This document shows positions 9,458-18,997 of a stretch of 64,000 bases of DNA, in pieces. Position 1 is the stretch's first letter, and each line of letters starts with the position of its first letter. The DNA lies in assembly GCA_964415885.1 (NCBI GenBank), contig CAYQCE010000004.1:35128-99127 (forward strand), written 5' to 3'. A program made the translations under genes and the position numbers. The stretch comes from an uncultured Ignavibacteria bacterium (GTDB taxonomy: Bacteria; Zixibacteria; MSB-5A5; JAABVY01; JAHJOQ01). The notes beneath the pieces are model-generated. The model saw nothing but the letters and a program-made list of their open reading frames with translations. It did not search any database and was not told the DNA's origin.

Positions 9458-10821
9458 CGACTCTCCTCAGATTGCAGGTATTCCTTGACCGCATCTATCA
9501 ATACTTCTCTCTTGTTCAACTCTGGTTCATCGAGCACAATCTCGAGCAGATGATCGAGAATCTCACCGATCAGCGGTGATTGGTCGAGATCAAACTCCTT
9601 CATGATGTCGTTGCCATCTATCGCAAGCTCTCTCACAGAGAACGGCGGCTTCTTGTCTATCTCCTCACGAATTCTCTGCTCGAATTCGTCCACATCGTCG
9701 GTTGGATTGCCCATCCCCTGCCCGACAACATCCGCTCTGCGCAAATCGAGCAGGTCGAACACCAACTCCGGCCCGGTTTTGCGTATGAGCCGCCTGAGCC
9801 CCCTGTCCGTAGGAGGGATCGTGAACATGTGACGCTCGACAAGCGTCGAAACATCGTCAATCAGGTTCTTTGGATATCTCAACCGCTTGAGCACATTCCT
9901 CGCGAGCTTCGCGCCGGAGGCCTCGTGGCCGTAAAATGTCGCCTTTTTGTCCACGACCCGCTTTGCTCGCGGCTTGGTTATGTCGTGCAGCAGCGCAGCC
10001 CATCGGAGACGGAGCCGAGGCTTGGCAGCATCGGTCGTTCCAAGCAGATGCTCGAAGACATCATGCGCATGATAGCCGCCCGGCTGATCGACCCCGACGC
10101 TCTCCACAAGCTCCGGAATCAGGATCTCGAGCAAACCAATATCGTGCATCAGGCGGAAACCCACCGATGGCTTCTCGGCACGGACCAGCATCTTGTTCAG
10201 CTCTTCGTTCACGCGCTCCGGACTGACCGATGTCATAAGGTGCGCATTCTCTTTCATTGCATGATGCGTCGCCGGTTCCACATCGAGACCGAATCGCGCC
10301 ACGAACTGCACCCCCCGCAATACCCGCAACGGATCGTCTTTGAACGACTCCTCGCTGATCATGCGAAGCTTCCTGTGCTCAATATCTATCTTGCCGTCGA
10401 GCGGATCGATCAATTCGCCGGTACCGAGGTGACGCGCCACGGCATTGATGGAGAAATCACGGCGCTTGAGGTCTTCTTCGACCGGAAGAGTATGATCGAA
10501 ATCAACAGAGAAGTCCCGATGCGCTATGCCCGTGGAGAATTCTCTGCGCGGTAGTGCGATGTCAACAGTGGGATAGGGGCCGGAGCCGTTGTTGTGAGCG
10601 GTGAATTTGATTACACCAAACGACTTGCCAACGAGATCGACTCTCCCGAAGTTTCTGAGTATCGCGACGAGATCATCAATCGGGATCTGAGTGACGAGAT
10701 AATCACGGTCCTTCTCAGCGACACCAATGCCGAGGAACTGGTCGCGAACGCATCCGCCCACCTCGTAGATGTTACCTCTCTCGAGTAATCTTTCGACTAT
10801 GGCTTTCTTTAAAGCCGTCAT
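9454..10821 (-). CDS. cca: CCA-adding tRNA nucleotidyltransferase / poly(A) polymerase family with HD domain
   Basis: 455 aa. GGCVRDQFLG head-domain motif, an HD-domain histidines/aspartate region (HDITKP, HE), and a 4-nt overlap with the sucC start. Confidence 0.85.
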   Translation of the reverse strand: MTALKKAIVERLLERGNIYEVGGCVRDQFLGIGVAEKDRDYLVTQIPIDDLVAILRNFGRVDLVGKSFGVIKFTAHNNGSGPYPTVDIALPRREFSTGIAHRDFSVDFDHTLPVEEDLKRRDFSINAVARHLGTGELIDPLDGKIDIEHRKLRMISEESFKDDPLRVLRGVQFVARFGLDVEPATHHAMKENAHLMTSVSPERVNEELNKMLVRAEKPSVGFRLMHDIGLLEILIPELVESVGVDQPGGYHAHDVFEHLLGTTDAAKPRLRLRWAALLHDITKPRAKRVVDKKATFYGHEASGAKLARNVLKRLRYPKNLIDDVSTLVERHMFTIPPTDRGLRRLIRKTGPELVFDLLDLRRADVVGQGMGNPTDDVDEFEQRIREEIDKKPPFSVRELAIDGNDIMKEFDLDQSPLIGEILDHLLEIVLDEPELNKREVLIDAVKEYLQSEESR

Positions 10822-10862
10822 TTAGACTCTGATCCCGCATCCCGGTTATACCGGGCACTAGT

Positions 10863-11816
10863 TCAGTCAGGCACTATTCTCGTGCCATCGTCACCCTCGA
10901 CAGCGTCATACGCCTTTTCGATCGAGGTGATAATCACCTCGTCTCCCCCACCTTCGAGGAAGCTGAGCGCAGCCTCGATCTTCGGCCCCATGCTGCCTGG
11001 AGGGAAATGTCCCTCGTCGGCGTACTTCTTCATCTCCGACACCGTAACCCGATCCAGAAACCGTTGATCGAGCTGGCCAAAGTTCAGCGCAACCTTGTCG
11101 ACGCCGGTGAGTATTATGAGCAAATCCGCGCCAATCTCACCGGCGAGCAGAGCGGAGGCACGGTCCTTGTCAACGACCGCGTCTACGCCCTCGTAGTCGC
11201 CGTTGTCGTCCACATAAGCCGGGACTCCACCGCCTCCGGAGGCGATCACAATGTAATCTCTTTCGACGAGGGTCTGTATTGCCTTTGCATTTATCGTCTT
11301 ATAGGGAATTGGAGACGGCACAACCCGTCTCCAACCCCTGTCGGAATCTTTTTTAACTGTCCAGCCGCGCTCTTTCGCAAACTTGCGCGCCTCGTCGTAC
11401 TCGTAGAACTGGCCGACATACTTGGATGGGTCCTTTATCGATGGATCATCCTTATCGACAAGCACCTGAGTCACGATCGTGACGACACCTTTCTCGATGC
11501 CCTCCCGGCGAAGCCTGTTCTGGAGCGACTGCTCTATCATGTATCCCATTCCACCTTCGGTATCTGCCACGCAGATTCCGATCGGAAGAATCGGAGCCAT
11601 GCCACGCGCCGCCTCGACACGCAAGAGCGCGTTACCGACCTGCGGACCGTTGCCATGCGTGATCACCAGTCCGTAGCCGTCCTCAATCAAAGGTACAATA
11701 CCCGCCAGAGACTGGCGGGTATGCTCAAACTGATTCGCAATGGTGTCCGGGACACCCTTCTTCGTAATCGCATTGCCCCCGAGTGCGACTACCGCTGTCT
11801 TAGTTCCCTTGCTCAT
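10863..11816 (-). CDS. arcC: Carbamate kinase
   Basis: 317 aa. VVALGGNA start, ITHGNGPQVG, ASGGGGVP; typical carbamate kinase amino-acid-kinase fold motifs. Confidence 0.9.
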   Translation of the reverse strand: MSKGTKTAVVALGGNAITKKGVPDTIANQFEHTRQSLAGIVPLIEDGYGLVITHGNGPQVGNALLRVEAARGMAPILPIGICVADTEGGMGYMIEQSLQNRLRREGIEKGVVTIVTQVLVDKDDPSIKDPSKYVGQFYEYDEARKFAKERGWTVKKDSDRGWRRVVPSPIPYKTINAKAIQTLVERDYIVIASGGGGVPAYVDDNGDYEGVDAVVDKDRASALLAGEIGADLLIILTGVDKVALNFGQLDQRFLDRVTVSEMKKYADEGHFPPGSMGPKIEAALSFLEGGGDEVIITSIEKAYDAVEGDDGTRIVPD

Positions 11817-13153
11817 TTACGCTTCTTTTTGCCGACGCTCTTAAGGAAACCTTCGAGCACGTCGGCGAGGGTCGGCTTACCGATCTCCTGCAGATCGTAC
11901 GTCACTCTCGTCGACGGCTTCTTGACATCGATTACGCGACGCAGATCGATCGGAGTACCGATAATCACGGAATCGCAATCAGTCGCAGCTATAGTCTTCT
12001 CGAGATCCTTGACCTGCTTGCCGCCGTACCCCATCGCCGGAAGAAGCACGCCGATCCCCGGGTACTTCATAAATGTGTCCTTCAGACTGCCCTTCAGGAA
12101 CGGTCTCGGATCGACGATCTCGGAAGCGCCATACTTGCGTGCCGCCACAACACCGGCGCCATACTGCATTTCGCCGTGAGTCAGCGTCGGGCCATCCTCT
12201 ACGACCAGCACACGCTTTCCGCGAATCACGGACGCGTCCTCGACCGAAATCGGGGAGGCGCCGTCGACGACTATCGCTTCCGGATTGTACTCGACTATAT
12301 GCTCGCGCAGTATCTCAACATCATCCGGCTCGGCAGTGTCTATTTTGTTTATCACGAGAACATCGGCCAGGACGAAATTAGTCTGTCCGGGGTAGTACGC
12401 TATCTCGTGGCCGGGACGGTGCGGATCGACGACGGTAATCTGCAGATCCGGCTCGTAGAAGGATGTATCATTATTGCCGCCGTCCCAAACGATGACATCC
12501 GCTTCCTTTTCGGCTTCGCGCAGGATCATCTCGTAGTCGACGCCTGCATAAACTACTGTCCCGCGACTGATGTGCGGCTCGTATTCCTCGCGCTCTTCGA
12601 TCGTGCATTTGTGCTTGTCGAGATCGGCCATCCTGGCGAATCGCTGGCAAGCCTGCTTTGCGAGATCGCCGTAAGGCATCGGGTGACGAATCGCCACAAC
12701 CTTCTTGCCGAGTGCCTTGAGAGCCTCACAAACCCGGCGTGTTGTCTGCGACTTGCCACAACCCGTGCGAACAGCGGTAATCGCCACGACCGGCTTGGTC
12801 GACTTGATCATCGTCTCACGATTACCGAGCATCACGAAATTCGCGCCGGCAGCGTTCACCCACGCTGCCTTGTCCATCACGTAGGTGAATGGAACATCGG
12901 AGTACGAGAACACGACATCGTCCACTTCGTACTTCTCGATCAGGTCAACCAGCTTGTCTTCGGACTCGATCGGGATTCCCTTCTTATAGAGCTTCCCGGC
13001 AAGCTTGGCCGGGTACTTGCGGCCCTCGATGTCCGGGATCTGAGTGGCTGTCATAGCCACTACTTCGTAGTCTTCATTGTCACGGTAGTAAGTATTGAAA
13101 TTGTGAAAGTCACGCCCGGCGGCGCCCATAATCAGAACTTTTCTTTTAGCCAT
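11813..13153 (-). CDS. P-loop NTPase of the cyclic 2,3-diphosphoglycerate synthetase-like family
   Basis: Walker A AVRTGCGKSQTT. The overall N-terminus (KVLIMGAAGRDFHNFN) resembles proteins annotated cpgS-like or GTPase. Start set to the ATG at 13153, preceded by AAGGAG. Overlaps the arcC start by 4 nt. Confidence 0.6.
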   Translation of the reverse strand: MAKRKVLIMGAAGRDFHNFNTYYRDNEDYEVVAMTATQIPDIEGRKYPAKLAGKLYKKGIPIESEDKLVDLIEKYEVDDVVFSYSDVPFTYVMDKAAWVNAAGANFVMLGNRETMIKSTKPVVAITAVRTGCGKSQTTRRVCEALKALGKKVVAIRHPMPYGDLAKQACQRFARMADLDKHKCTIEEREEYEPHISRGTVVYAGVDYEMILREAEKEADVIVWDGGNNDTSFYEPDLQITVVDPHRPGHEIAYYPGQTNFVLADVLVINKIDTAEPDDVEILREHIVEYNPEAIVVDGASPISVEDASVIRGKRVLVVEDGPTLTHGEMQYGAGVVAARKYGASEIVDPRPFLKGSLKDTFMKYPGIGVLLPAMGYGGKQVKDLEKTIAATDCDSVIIGTPIDLRRVIDVKKPSTRVTYDLQEIGKPTLADVLEGFLKSVGKKKRK

Positions 13154-13351
13154 AAATCCAGTCTCCTTAACCTGGCGAAAGTTGAGATAGTAACACATAA
13201 TTCAACGTCAGGCAGGTACTAAACAGAAGACATCATCCAGTAGTGTTCGATCAAATAGTAAGCTGAATCCTCTATGAAATACTTAAGTGAGAACATACCT
13301 AAAACCGTGTGTCACAACCAATCGCGAATACCGGTGTAAATTGTCCGCGTA

Positions 13352-13367
13352 AGTGAATTATTTCACA
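13352..13367 (-). promoter_or_regulatory. CRP/FNR-type palindromic box (TGTGAA-ATAA-TTCACT on the minus strand)
   Basis: Near-perfect TGTGA-N6-TCACA-like dyad, about 24 nt downstream of the predicted -10 element. The same extended word, TGTGAA-N4-TTCACTTAC, recurs at 57692-57710. Confidence 0.45.
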
Positions 13368-13391
13368 GTTACGCACCCACATAATCTGACA

Positions 13392-13420
13392 AATATACAG
13401 GCCCCCCAACACTCTGTCAA
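13392..13420 (-). promoter_or_regulatory. Sigma-70-type promoter for the cpgS-like/arcC operon
   Basis: On the minus strand: TTGACA (13420-13415), exactly 17 nt of spacer, then TATATT (13397-13392). This implies a 5' leader of roughly 230 nt. Confidence 0.5.
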
Positions 13421-13561
13421 CCGGTTTACAGGCCTTATTTGATATATAGTTAACCGATTTCTCAAAGTTTGGTGGGAACTGGAACTGAAATGCGTTGAAC
13501 ATCGATTCGCTATGCCCGAATTTGGCGGATTTCAGCGCATAGACAGGGGGGCAGAGAAGAC

Positions 13562-14335
13562 TCAAATTTCGATGACCAGACCTTCTTCCGCGAAAGTCAG
13601 ACCATTGTAGCCAGGCTTCTCGAAGAAAACTCGTGTGGCGTCGCAATCAAAACCATCCGGCAGGTGTGTAAGCAGGCATTTCTTGACATTCTTGTCCAGC
13701 AGTAGAGACGGCAGACCCTCCAAATCGATGTGCATTCCCTCGATCACGAGAAGCTCGCAGTCTTTCAGATGATCCACTATGTCGTCGGTGCCGGCTATGT
13801 CCGCTGAATAGAGCAGCTTCTTTGAACCAGCGCTGACCATGAAGCTGAAACACTGCATACGGTTGGCATAGTTGGCTTTCGCTATGATCTCTGCGGCACC
13901 GCTAAGTCCTGCCAGGTGGGAGTTTTCAATCGCTTTGACTGTACAATTTCCACATTCGATCTCCGAGCCGCCGTCCAGACCTTTCACGTGCACCGAAAAA
14001 CTCAGCTTACCCGGGAGCAGGTACATTCCTACGAGAATATCTCGGGTCAGTTCCACCGCCTCCGTCGGCACATGGATATCAAGCGGTGTCTCACGTCTCT
14101 TTAGATGTTCCGTCTGGATGAAAAGCGGTATCCCCGAGAAATGATCAGCGTGCGTGTGAGAAACGAAAATCCCGTCTATTCTCCCCGCATCTGCGTTTAT
14201 GCGCCTGACAGCGCTCGAGGCGCCGCCACCGCAGTCGAGCATGAACGCGGAATTCTCGTCTTCAACGATGTAGCACGAGTGAGCTTTGTCAGGTGACGAG
14301 AACCCGGAGGTGCAGCCCACCACGGTCAGTCTCAT
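13562..14335 (-). CDS. MBL-fold metallo-hydrolase
   Basis: 257 aa. HTHADH metal-binding motif. The stop overlaps nothing, but the start overlaps the ltaE stop by 4 nt. Confidence 0.85.
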   Translation of the reverse strand: MRLTVVGCTSGFSSPDKAHSCYIVEDENSAFMLDCGGGASSAVRRINADAGRIDGIFVSHTHADHFSGIPLFIQTEHLKRRETPLDIHVPTEAVELTRDILVGMYLLPGKLSFSVHVKGLDGGSEIECGNCTVKAIENSHLAGLSGAAEIIAKANYANRMQCFSFMVSAGSKKLLYSADIAGTDDIVDHLKDCELLVIEGMHIDLEGLPSLLLDKNVKKCLLTHLPDGFDCDATRVFFEKPGYNGLTFAEEGLVIEI

Positions 14336-15405
14336 GCTCCGACTACCTCACGGAATTTCTCCAGAGCGGTCTCGCATTCCTGACGGGTAACATCGAGATG
14401 CGTCACGATCCTTATCCTGCTTTCGGATATCGCGAGCCCGAGGACACCGAGCTTTTGCCATTTCTCTACGACAAGCGGAGCCGTAATGCCGATCTTCGTG
14501 ACATCGAATATCACAATATTCGTATGAACCGTATCGAGGTCGATTTTGACGCCCTCGATCTTCGCGAGACCCTCGGCCAAAAGGCGAGCGTTGTCATGGT
14601 CTTCCTTCAGCCGATCTATATGGTTCTCCATTGCATAGATTGCAGCAGCAGCGAGTATGCCAACCTGCCGCATACCGCCACCGAGCATCTTTCGCACGCG
14701 CCGGGCGGCGTCGATGAACGACTTTGTGCCGGCGATACACGATCCTATCGGCGCCCCGAGTCCTTTGGAGAAACAGACTGAGACCGAGTCTGCACATACG
14801 GTGTACGACTCAAACGATATGCCCTCCGCGACGTGTGCATTCCAGAGACGGGCGCCGTCAAGATGCACCCGGATGCCGCGCTCGTCGGCGAGCTCGCGCA
14901 GCTTTTTCATCTCATAGAGCGGGAAGACCGTGCCGCCAGCACGGTTGTGCGTGTTCTCCATACAGATCAGCTTCGTGCCCGGTGTGTGAAGTGATTGCTC
15001 CTTGAGAAGCGGCTCCACCTGCTCGCGAGTAATCACGCCATTCGAACCATCGATCATGTTCGTCTGTAGTCCCGAAAACACCGCAGCGTTGGCGACTTCA
15101 TAATTCACCACATGTCCGAAACGCTCGACAATAATCTCGTCGCCGGGAGAGGTATGGACTTTAAGGCAGATCGCATTTCCCATTGAGCCGGAAGGCACGT
15201 ACAGGGCGTCTTCCTTGCCCAGCCTCTCGGCGACCATAGCCTGAAGGCGATTCACGGTTGGATCGTCACCGAACACATCATCGCCCACCTCGGCCTCGGT
15301 CATGGCCTTGCGCATCGCTTTCGTCGGTTTGGTGACTGTGTCTGAGCGCAGATCGATGTAATTCATGCGGAAATCCGTCCTTTCCGAAGATCCCTCATCC
15401 GACAA
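14332..15405 (-). CDS. ltaE: Low-specificity L-threonine aldolase (PLP-dependent)
   Basis: 357 aa. [11 protein letters not shown] and [13 protein letters not shown]-terminal signature of the threonine aldolase family. Confidence 0.88.
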   Translation of the reverse strand: MSDEGSSERTDFRMNYIDLRSDTVTKPTKAMRKAMTEAEVGDDVFGDDPTVNRLQAMVAERLGKEDALYVPSGSMGNAICLKVHTSPGDEIIVERFGHVVNYEVANAAVFSGLQTNMIDGSNGVITREQVEPLLKEQSLHTPGTKLICMENTHNRAGGTVFPLYEMKKLRELADERGIRVHLDGARLWNAHVAEGISFESYTVCADSVSVCFSKGLGAPIGSCIAGTKSFIDAARRVRKMLGGGMRQVGILAAAAIYAMENHIDRLKEDHDNARLLAEGLAKIEGVKIDLDTVHTNIVIFDVTKIGITAPLVVEKWQKLGVLGLAISESRIRIVTHLDVTRQECETALEKFREVVGA

Positions 15406-16033
15406 ACCTGATGAGAATGTGCATTGTCAATCCTGATACGAGCGGGACCGATAGATTGTCATCCACCTTTGCACTGAAGGCCTCGGTGAAAGTGCCGACA
15501 ACTGCTCCAATTGCACCGATCCACAATGGCACTCCCGGGACCAGAGCTACCGGGATCAGGCAGGAGAGAAAAAAGGCCGTGGAGCCCTCAACCGACTTGC
15601 TGTTGCGGAATTTGTGTCTGCCCCACTTTCGCCCTATAAGCGCACCAGCGCTGTCGCCTATGATTATGAAAGCGAGCGCACAAACAGCCACGGGTTTCGA
15701 GAACATCAGCACCGTAGCGACGGTCGCGATCATTATCCAGCTCGCACCGGTCAGCTTTCGAGATTCGTGGGGACGGATGAGCGGTCCCCAGATCCAGGCC
15801 ACCCAACTCCACAGCTTCCATCCGCCAAGCCGAGCGGCATCGAAGAGCACGATCAGAAATGCTGCGGGAATCAGGATGCTGAGCGCAATTGTCTTACCGA
15901 GTATGAAGTATCCAATCGGCATTATCAGCGCAAAGAGATGAGTGGCTTTACGCCATCCCTCCTTGTCATAGCTGATATTTGCCTCTTCAACCATATCCAT
16001 ACCAGCAGACAAATGTCGATCAGACTCAGTCAT
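15395..16033 (-). CDS. Polytopic membrane protein of the dolichol/phytol kinase - CTP-transferase family (COG0170-like)
   Basis: 212 aa, several hydrophobic helices, and the IIGDSAGALIGRKWGRHKF motif typical of this family. Confidence 0.7.
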   Translation of the reverse strand: MTESDRHLSAGMDMVEEANISYDKEGWRKATHLFALIMPIGYFILGKTIALSILIPAAFLIVLFDAARLGGWKLWSWVAWIWGPLIRPHESRKLTGASWIMIATVATVLMFSKPVAVCALAFIIIGDSAGALIGRKWGRHKFRNSKSVEGSTAFFLSCLIPVALVPGVPLWIGAIGAVVGTFTEAFSAKVDDNLSVPLVSGLTMHILIRFVG

Positions 16034-16045
16034 TGAGCTTTTTGA

Positions 16046-17887
16046 TCAGGGTGTCACCGGAACAGAATCGACCACAATCATGGAATCCGGATCAGCCATC
16101 TCGAGCGAACCACTCTGGATTGTTGTGTCCGGTTGACTCTCCTCTACCTCCTGGAACACGAATGCCCGCACCAGGGCGCTGTCTACGTCGACCGTCTTGC
16201 CCTCGAAAAGATCTTCGAGAAATGCCTGACGTGCGGAGTCGTTGTGCGCAGTCGCAATCCTGGCGTGAATCTCATTCCTGACCTCCGAGAACTCTCGCAT
16301 GGGCCTCCTGTCCTCGAGCTTAATCAAATGATACCCATAATCCGTTCGAATCGGGCGCGAAACACTGCCAACATCCAGAATCCAGGCGGCGTTGAAGAAC
16401 TTGATCGGCATCTCATCGCGAGAAATGTAGCCAAGGTCGTAGAGAGATTCTCGAATCTCCTCGTCACCGGGATAGTACTTCATTGCCATTTCGTCAAAAT
16501 CCGCGCCATCCGCGATTTTTCTTCTGACTTCCTCCGCTTGAAGCGAGTCCTCGAAGAGAATGTGCTTCACCTTGAGCGGTTGTTCGCTGTAGTATTCGTC
16601 CTCATGAGCCTCGTAGTATGCCTTAATCTCCTCTTCGGTCGGAGAGTATTCTCTTGGTTGATGGCTCCAGCGATAGTGCTGTTCCTTTAGCTGAGTCTCG
16701 AATGACTTCGCCTCCTCCAGGACATCCTCGGCCTCGAAATACCCGAGTTTGCGAGCCTCCGCAGCAAGGACATGGTGGTTGAGTGTACGGCGCATCGCTG
16801 TCTTTTTGTCTTCCGCGTCAAGCCCCGGAAGCCTGTTCACCATCTGGTGGTTGCGAGCAGCATCGATGAATTCGAAGGTGTAAACAGTGTCCGCGCCATC
16901 GATAATGGCAACCCAATCGTTGGGATCGAAAGCCTCGAGATCCTTCTTGAGGAGAGGTTCATTATACACGATGTCGGCCCGTTTCCGGAGGCTGTCGAGG
17001 AAAGCGTCGGCGTGCGCGGTCCGAATCCTGCCATCGAGACCCTGCTTGAGGTAGTCATACAACTCTCCTTCGAGTTCCATGTAACTCGAGTCTCGGAATG
17101 CGAGCATCTTCACGACGTGAAACCCGTAGCGAGTCTTGAAAGCCGGTGAGGTCTCACCCGGTTCGAGCGAGAACGCCACGGAGTCGAAAGTCGGCGGAGT
17201 CTGTCCTTTCTCGACCCACCCTATGTAACCTCCCTGCGCTCCGGATTGACGGTCGTGCGAATACTCCTTCGCGAGTTCTCCAAAGTCCTTTCCCCGATCA
17301 AGAGCGTCAACCACCTCCTGCATCCGGTCCATGGCGAGAATCTCGACAGAATCCCTGGGAAGCTTCGAGTGGCTCTCGCCTTCCTCGAGATAGTCGGCCG
17401 GATTGGTCGAGACAAGAATCTGCGCTATCTCGGCACCGATGGGTGTGAAGAACATCCGTTTGTTGTTCTCATAGAAAGTGTCGACATCCTCCGGAGTAAT
17501 CTCCGGTGCTTCCGCCACAATGTCGTCCCACATATTCGCCAGTGCTATCCGACGGACATGCTCCCGCAGTCTCCTCTGCGCCGCAGCGATAGTGTCGATC
17601 GAGAAATCCTTCGCACGCTCCTTGATGATATCAGCTATTAACATCTCCTCAACGGCCTTGAAATTGTATTGGGCTGTGTCTTTGACGCGATTAAGCCTTG
17701 TAGCCTCCTCCCAGCCCATTCCACTCAGAACTTCGTTGAGGTCGGCGAGCGTGAACGCCTCGCCGTCCATTCGCGCAACCTCCCGCGATAGATCGAAAGT
17801 CTTAGTCTCCTGCTGCTTGTCCCCGCACGAGAGAACGAGCGCGATTAAAACAACCGGAACAGAGAACGGTACGCCGATTCTTATCAT
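16046..17887 (-). CDS. Lipoprotein peptidyl-prolyl isomerase with two parvulin domains (SurA/PrsA-like)
   Basis: 613 aa. Signal peptide ending LVLSCG (lipobox-like). Two parvulin cores ending YGFHVVKM and YGYHLIKLE. Confidence 0.85.
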   Translation of the reverse strand: MIRIGVPFSVPVVLIALVLSCGDKQQETKTFDLSREVARMDGEAFTLADLNEVLSGMGWEEATRLNRVKDTAQYNFKAVEEMLIADIIKERAKDFSIDTIAAAQRRLREHVRRIALANMWDDIVAEAPEITPEDVDTFYENNKRMFFTPIGAEIAQILVSTNPADYLEEGESHSKLPRDSVEILAMDRMQEVVDALDRGKDFGELAKEYSHDRQSGAQGGYIGWVEKGQTPPTFDSVAFSLEPGETSPAFKTRYGFHVVKMLAFRDSSYMELEGELYDYLKQGLDGRIRTAHADAFLDSLRKRADIVYNEPLLKKDLEAFDPNDWVAIIDGADTVYTFEFIDAARNHQMVNRLPGLDAEDKKTAMRRTLNHHVLAAEARKLGYFEAEDVLEEAKSFETQLKEQHYRWSHQPREYSPTEEEIKAYYEAHEDEYYSEQPLKVKHILFEDSLQAEEVRRKIADGADFDEMAMKYYPGDEEIRESLYDLGYISRDEMPIKFFNAAWILDVGSVSRPIRTDYGYHLIKLEDRRPMREFSEVRNEIHARIATAHNDSARQAFLEDLFEGKTVDVDSALVRAFVFQEVEESQPDTTIQSGSLEMADPDSMIVVDSVPVTP

Positions 17888-17914
17888 CTCACTCTTGATC
17901 CTTTCTTAAGGAAA

Positions 17915-18862
17915 TCATTTCATGCTGTAGAGAAGAGAAATCCTGAAGCTGTCGTCAATATCTTTTTCCTGCAAAAACGCTATATCTATCGCAATCTTTG
18001 ACAGAGATACACCCCCGCCAAGCGTCAAACGTCCGACATCGGAGCCAATTCGCCCGAACACTGCATTCATATAGCCAACCTCGAAACCGAAACGACTGTC
18101 GGCAGAAATTGAACCCATCCAGTACTGCGCGGCATCACGGTAATTCTCGAATTTGAGGTCGGCGTCGATAGCAGCGGTAATCACAAAATCTCCGATTCGC
18201 CTGCTCGCACCGATTCCCGGTATCACCGTCGGGTAGATACTCTCATCGGTTCCGTTGTCGTACGAAAGCAGAGTCGTCGTCGCGTCACGCACCATCAGCC
18301 CGGCAGTAATCAAGCGGCTTATTCTGTACTGGGCTCCGATGTCGGCGCCCAATCCGTACGCCGAATTGTCTGCTATGTCTCGGTAGATAAACCTGGCGGA
18401 GACACCAAGGCTTAATCTCTCATAACGGGCCGTTGAATACGAGACGAGTAGCTGATAATCTGCGTGCCCCGATTCCTTTACCACTACCGGCCGATTGAGG
18501 CTGTAATCCCACTCAGTCAGCCTTATTCCGCCACCACCCAGTCGAGTCAGTGTGAACCCGCCATAGGTCCGGTTTTCAGGGGAGCCGAGCGGAGTGGCGA
18601 AGGCGATGTAGTCATGATTCAGCAACGATCCGAATGTCTCGGAGTGCATGAATGCAAGCTGACGATACTCCGTGCCTGTAAGCCCGGCCGGATTCCAGAA
18701 CCCGGATGTCGCGTCGTCGCATATTGCGGAGAACGCCCCGCCCATTCCGAGTGCACGCCCTCCGACACCGAGGTGAAACGGATCCCCGGCGTACTTTGCT
18801 CCGTACGAAACCGAACACAACAGTGCAAGCAAAACCGATGTAACAAAAGAAGATAACTTCAT
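17915..18862 (-). CDS. Outer-membrane beta-barrel protein (FadL/PorV-like N-terminal motif)
   Basis: Signal peptide MKLSSFVTSVLLALLCSVSYG, then GMGGAFSAICDDATSGFWNPAGL and alternating-hydrophobic strands. Start chosen at the ATG giving the signal peptide. The family call is tentative. Confidence 0.5.
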   Translation of the reverse strand: MKLSSFVTSVLLALLCSVSYGAKYAGDPFHLGVGGRALGMGGAFSAICDDATSGFWNPAGLTGTEYRQLAFMHSETFGSLLNHDYIAFATPLGSPENRTYGGFTLTRLGGGGIRLTEWDYSLNRPVVVKESGHADYQLLVSYSTARYERLSLGVSARFIYRDIADNSAYGLGADIGAQYRISRLITAGLMVRDATTTLLSYDNGTDESIYPTVIPGIGASRRIGDFVITAAIDADLKFENYRDAAQYWMGSISADSRFGFEVGYMNAVFGRIGSDVGRLTLGGGVSLSKIAIDIAFLQEKDIDDSFRISLLYSMK

Positions 18863-18997
18863 GATTCGAATGATACCCGTCATGCCGCTATCTGTCAATA
18901 CAAATGAGAACGGACTGGGTTTCTGATTTTGCTCAACAAAAAAGGGAGCGGAATAAATCCGCTCCCAGATTTCGATGAGTTCTCGGTGCAGTCTTAC

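Noticed and set aside
9580-13222. Long plus-strand ORFs antisense to cca, arcC and the cpgS-like gene (9580-10554, 324 aa; 11007-12179, 390 aa; 12176-13222, 348 aa)
   Set aside because: They lie entirely opposite well-supported genes. They have R/L/S/H-rich junk-like composition and no recognisable motifs. They are the expected shadow ORFs of moderately GC-rich coding sequence.
13299-13646. 115-aa minus-strand ORF in the arcC-operon leader
   Set aside because: It overlaps the 3' end of the MBL hydrolase gene, has no SD, and has odd composition. The region is better explained as promoter plus leader.
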